64,000 nt of DNA, taken from contig CM022672.1 in the NCBI GenBank assembly GCA_012295275.1, forward strand, positions 1,178,001-1,242,000. Direction: 5' to 3'. Shown in pieces: positions 58,629-64,000 of the stretch (within the stretch, counting starts at the first letter, position 1; every line of letters starts with the position of its first letter). Made by a program: the position numbers and the translations under genes. The notes below the pieces were generated by a model. The model was not told the origin of the DNA, did not search any database, and saw nothing but the letters and a program-made list of their open reading frames with translations. This DNA comes from Chrysomallon squamiferum. Its lineage: Eukaryota > Animalia > Mollusca.

Positions 58629-58920
58629 TACACACAACTGTTGCTGACATCATCGAGTGAAGAATGACAGTTGTAGTGTAAAACAGCAGCTGCTAGGAAG
58701 GCAGGTTCGGAACAGTTCGGGCCTCCGGGAATTTGCTATTTTCTTCCCGTTTCCTAAATGAATACAAGGTCGAGTTGGAGAAGCAGTTTCTCAGCTGACG
58801 GCTTCTTTCTCAGATGCGTGTTTCTCTCTGGAGAGTAAAGAATCGTGTTCGACTCCCTGTAGACAGCCGCATCCGAAATCTTTTCGAAGGTTAGGCAATG
58901 ATGCCGGCCGGCTTGGCATG
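58629..58920 (+). ncRNA. Structured RNA island
   Basis: TACAC-ACAACTGTT 58629-42/GACAGTTGT-a-GTGTA 58666-80; TAGGAA 58694-99/TTCCTA 58751-56 with GGCAGGTTC 58700-08/GAATTTGCT 58729-37 (3 G-U); GAGAA/TTCTC; GATGCG/CGCATC; ATGCCG/TGGCAT. Confidence 0.65.
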
Positions 58921-59328
58921 TATACTTATAGTGATATATACAGAGGTAATAGAATGATGTGTGTATTAATCTGAAATATAGGTAATCTGAATGAATAGAT
59001 GTACAGTTGGTTTATATGCATCTAAATCGATTAAAGAATAAATAATTTTTTAAAAAGGCTTTTAAAAAGCAAAAGTGTGCCTGTAAAACCCACAAAAAAC
59101 AACAACAAAAAAAAACACACAACAACACACAAACAAATCCCTGCAAGAAACAGGAATCAAGAAAAAGAAATACAAATTCTTTTAAACACATTTCACACAT
59201 AACCAATAAGACCATAAACAAGCAAATCAATGAAAATTAAAAACAATTCTAAAACATACAATTTACACAAACGATAACATTTAAAAACATTCTTCAGTAG
59301 TTTTTCGGAAACGTATTTCTCAAACACA

Positions 59329-59595
59329 GCGACAGAGTTAGCACAACTAGTCAAAAAATGTTTCTTTAATTCTTCGACTGTCGCGCGAAGCAAAATCCCC
59401 TCTTTAGCATTCGTAAACAGTTCCAGGAACTCCGACTGCGAGATTCCAATTAATCTGTCAGAGTAAGTGAAATTCTTGTTGCTTGATAGAGTCTGTCTAG
59501 ATATCATTCGCCTCGTAAATTTTGTTCAGTATTCTAACTGTCAACGGCAACCTGTAAAGGAAAAACCGGTGTCTTAAAAAAACGAAGCCGCAGTC
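59329..59595 (+). ncRNA. Structured RNA island
   Basis: GCGACAG/CTGTCGC; AGTTC-cag-GAACT; GACTGCG 59434-40/CGCAGTC 59589-95 encloses TCTGTCAG/TTGATAGA (2 G-U). Confidence 0.55.
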
Positions 59596-61519
59596 AGCGT
59601 TACTCAGTGCGTAAAGATTACAAAAAGTTTTTCCAGGTCTCACTATGTTCGTCATCATTAAAACATTTAATTTTGATTTAGACGGTTTTATTCATTCCCC
59701 TGTTTTTAACTTCAGATGTATTTAATCTTTGGTGTGTGAGGAAGGACTGGAGGGGGGAAAGAAAAAGAAAAATATATTTATTAATTTTTTGTTTTTATTA
59801 TCTTCTTGAAGAAAAAACTATTGGTTATGCATTCGATCGTTAAGAAGAAAAACGCATTTATTATAATAAATTTAATCTACGTCAAGAAAATAAATTATGT
59901 ATTTCAACCCTAAGAAAGAAAGAAAGAAAGAAAGAAAGAAAAAAAACTTATTAATTGTATCATAATTGATCTTTAAGAAGAAAAAATATTTATTACACAT
60001 TTGATCGTTATAAAGAAAAAACACATGTATTAACAACTGATCAAGGTTCAGACAACATATGTGAACCTTGTTTACAAAAAGTCTGTTTATTATTCATTTT
60101 ATATTCTGATGAATAATAACTTAATTATTATCTCTTTGAACTTTGGAATGAAAAAAGCATTTATATCAAATCGAAAAATCTATTTATTATCATTTTTGTC
60201 TTCAATGAGAATAAATAAATAAATAAATAAATAAATATATATATATATAATGAAGTCCAGTAAAGTCTGATGAAGTCAGCTGAAAGCGTGGAGTAATTTT
60301 ACCAGTGTTAAATTTTTCTGCGCAGTATCTTGTGAAAGAATTGCAGTCATGGCAGTTACGGGATTAACTATTCGTTTGACTGAATTTAAATCCCCAAAAC
60401 ATATTAAGAAAACACAAATCTCCAGTATGTAATCATTTTGTTTTTTCTGTCATCAGTGAAAACTCACAGACGTCTGGATTTTAAATAATGGATGTTTTTC
60501 TTTATGAAGGTCAAATACATAATAAATAATTTTTTTTTTTTTTCATAAAGAAAAAAAAAGTGAATATGTAAAAAAAAAAAAAGACATTTTTTTCCTCCAG
60601 AAATTAAATTAATTTATTATATATTTTACCAAAAAAAAAAAAAAAAAAAAAAAACCATTTTGTTTTCTCCATATGTAAAATATATAATTTAATTTTTAAT
60701 TTTAATGATGCTGTTGGTTCAGGTGCATCCGCTACTGCAGCTTCTTCTACTACTTTTACTACTACTGCTGCTACTGCTACTACTGCTGCTTTTGCTACTT
60801 CTACTGTTGTAATACCACTACTGCTGCCTTTATTAATACAGACACTAATTATCACAATAAATAAATCAGTAGTATATAAATAAATAAAGGAAGAAAGAAA
60901 GAAAAAAAAAACTGAAGAACTAAAACGAATGAAAACTGTGAATGAAAAATGTTTAAAAAACCAATAAGAAAAAAAAAAAAAAAAAAACAGAAATGTAATA
61001 AATAGGAAAAATTGAGCAACAACTCATTTTTGTACTTTATAAGTAATTACAGCAGCTATAATTACCTTTACTTATTTACAGAAAAAAACTGAAATTTACA
61101 TTCATTATAATTAATAGCAGATTACAATTAATGATTTATTACTATATAGATTTATATCATTCTTTTTTTCAGTCGTTAAAATAATTGCCTCAGAACTACA
61201 ATATTTATTAATAAATCAAGTTCTTAATTGCGACCATTTTATTAAAAAAAAAATCGCCAAAATCTGACAATCAAATGAAATTTATTTTGTCTTTTATTTT
61301 TGTGGAATAATTAAAAGCTCAGACTAAATAAGATCTGCCGACACTCCAGGTTCAGATTGAGGGAAACGATCCTTTTCTTGACTTTAATGTCAAATAAATT
61401 ATTAACTCAGTTCAAAGTAGAGACTTGTGTAAAGTTTTTGTCTTTTAATTAATCCTTTCTAGACAGCGTTAATATTACTGTTTCTATTGCAACCTCTGCT
61501 GTTACCAACACCCCTACCA

Positions 61520-61650
61520 CTGCTACTACTACTATAACAACTACTGCTACTGCCGCCGTTACTATCCTATCACCACTGTTACTACTACTACTTCTACTAC
61601 TACTTCTACTACTGCTACTACTACTACTAGTTCTACTACTTCTACTACTG

Positions 61651-61700
<50 letters not shown>

Positions 61701-61793
61701 GCTACTACTACTACTTCTACTTCTACTACTATTGCTACTGTTCTACTACCATTACTATTGTTGCTGTTGATGTTATTATCACTACTGCTACTG

Positions 61794-61824
<31 letters not shown>

Positions 61825-61885
61825 GACTATTACAATCATTACTGCAACTACTGCTACTGCTGTTATTATTATTATTATTATTACC
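61520..61885. repeat. (ACT)n microsatellite
   Basis: Seen directly. Confidence 0.93.
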
Positions 61886-62339
61886 GCCATCACCATTCCT
61901 GCTGATTTTTACTAAAACAGTCGGTTTCTTCTCACTATAATAATTTCGAATTAATAAAGGAATGTTCCTGTATCCTCCTGCAAAAACAATCCCAGATCCC
62001 TCTGCGCTCAATTTATGTTTCATATTTCAGGAACAACGCAACTGAGATTTCCTACTTCCCGTTACTGCTCTTTTTTGCCTCGTAATTATTTGGTGAAATC
62101 TGTTAAATTTATCTCTAATAAATCATTTACTTTTTAATTTTGTAATTTACAGCTTTGGTTTGAAAACGTAATTAAACTGTTGATATTTACATTTTTATCA
62201 AACACTGATCATGTTTCCCTTCATTTATTTTTTTTTTTTCATTTTTCTTCTTCGTTTAGATAAAAACATTTTGTTCTCCAACTGCAATTACAAAGCATTT
62301 TGACACTGCTATTTCATTATCAATATTTCACTTCTATAA

Positions 62340-62358
62340 TACTACTACTACGACTTCG

Positions 62359-62395
<37 letters not shown>

Positions 62396-62645
62396 ATAAT
62401 AATAATAATAATAACAACAACAACGACAATTACGACAACCAAGACCACCACCACCATCACTACTACTACTACTACTACTATTATTTATACTTCTACTACT
62501 ACTACTACTACTACTATTACTATTACTTCTATTGCTAGTACTACTGCTGCATCTACTCATATCAACATCATCATAATCACAACAACAGTGTTGATGATGA
62601 TGATGATGATTATAATGATGATGACAGTGATAATAATAATAACAA
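62340..62645. repeat. Compound (ACT)/(AAT)/(CAT)/(GAT) microsatellite
   Basis: Seen directly. Confidence 0.9.
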
Positions 62646-63239
62646 TCATAAAACAAAACAAAAAAAGAATAAGAAATATGAGTACTACATGTCTGAGTAC
62701 TGCAAAGTTGTTGTTTTTATAAAATGGCCGATCTTCTGATAGTCTTCTGTTACAAGATATATATACTATATTTAATCTACTGTGTTTATATTCATTGCTC
62801 CATGTAGTAATCTGATAAACCCATTATATAAGTACACAGACACACAGACACACACACACACACATGTATGTATAATGACAATCACAAAACAGAACAAAAT
62901 GGACCCACTCAAGTGTTAACGACCCTACGTCTTTATAACTGCGTGTGACTTTTGAACATAATGCGCACAATACACACAACTAAAGTTAGTTCAGTCTTTA
63001 GATAAGACACGTAATTATGATCTATTAACAAGTTCAAAACCATTCAGCCTAATTTGAATCGGTTATCCGTGGAGATACGTTTATTCTGTGCTATGTCGGG
63101 TGAATGATGAAAAGAATGATGGTTCAAAAGTTAATTTATTTATAAACACGTTTTTTTTGTTTGTTTTTTTCTGTGTTTCTTTTTCTTTTGTTAACATAAT
63201 ACGTCCACTGAAACACTTAAAATAGAGATGGACTTTTTA

Positions 63240-63685
63240 AGAAAACAAACAGATTTAGTTTAATATCTAAGTCATAACAGAAATTCAGTAGAGATAAAAT
63301 AGATATGTGTGTGTTAACAATATACATAGATTTATTTTAATATCTAAGTTATAGTAGATATATATGTGAGTTAAAACACATAATTTATGTGCGTTAAGAA
63401 AAAAGATATTTATTTAAATGTCTAAGTTATAACAGATATTTGCGAGTTAAAACAAATATGTATATGTTACGAAAACAAACAAGCTTATTTTAATATCTAA
63501 GTTATAACAGATATATATGTGCGTTGAACAGATGTGTACTTGTTAAAAGATACAGATTTATTTTAACATCAAAGTTATTATAAATAATAATGAGAACTGA
63601 AACAGAAATCTGCATGTTAAGAAAAGACACAGATATATTTTAACATGGGTATAACAGATATTTATCTCAGTTAAAAACAGATTTG
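63240..63685. repeat. Degenerate AT-rich minisatellite, about 76-bp period, about 6 copies
   Basis: Core (T/A)AA(T/C)(A/G)TC(T/A)AAGT-like starts at 63261, 63338, 63416, 63491, 63564 and, more degenerate, 63641. Confidence 0.85.
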
Positions 63686-64000
63686 AACCCTGTGTACTTG
63701 AGTGTTCTTGGCTTTTAGGTTAATGGATTGAACATACCGGAGTTTTTGGAAGATTTTGTAATCTGAAACAAGACAAGATATGCGTGACTAGATTTTCACT
63801 CTTTGTTTTTATTTTTATTGCAGTGCGCTTTTATATTCACTTAAAAAAAAAAAGGATTTGTTACTTGTATTCTTGTAAAAAAAAAAACGAGAGATAATTC
63901 AGGATTTCTCTGAACGGGCTAGCCTTGTGAAAACAGAATGATATTTCTGTTAATACGTTACCTACAGTTATTTAAGCGCCTACTCGTTTTTATTTCCTCG

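Noticed and set aside
63240-63685. CRISPR-like regularly spaced repeat
   Set aside because: The whole ~76-bp unit is repeated, with no unique spacers; the context is eukaryotic and there are no cas genes.

Overview
This is AT-rich animal genomic DNA, probably molluscan (inferred from a degraded tRNA-type SINE and the microsatellite spectrum). No credible long protein-coding ORF is present; the long track ORFs are microsatellite read-throughs. The window looks like the interior of a very large intron or a long nuclear non-coding transcript. The main pattern is that every 1-3 kb a 150-500 nt unique, GC-richer island folds by eye into a nested multi-branch RNA structure. The non-Watson-Crick pairs in these stems are nearly all G-U on the + strand, which implies + strand RNA. 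Many islands are bracketed by mutually complementary low-complexity arms (CA/TG, AG/CT, AAT/ATT, ACT/AGT, A-rich/T-rich) that could close kb-scale helices. One strong + strand 32-nt microexon (50166-50197) and one CAG|GTAAGT ratchet-like site (16460|16461) fit + strand pre-mRNA. All folding was done by hand and is not statistically tested.
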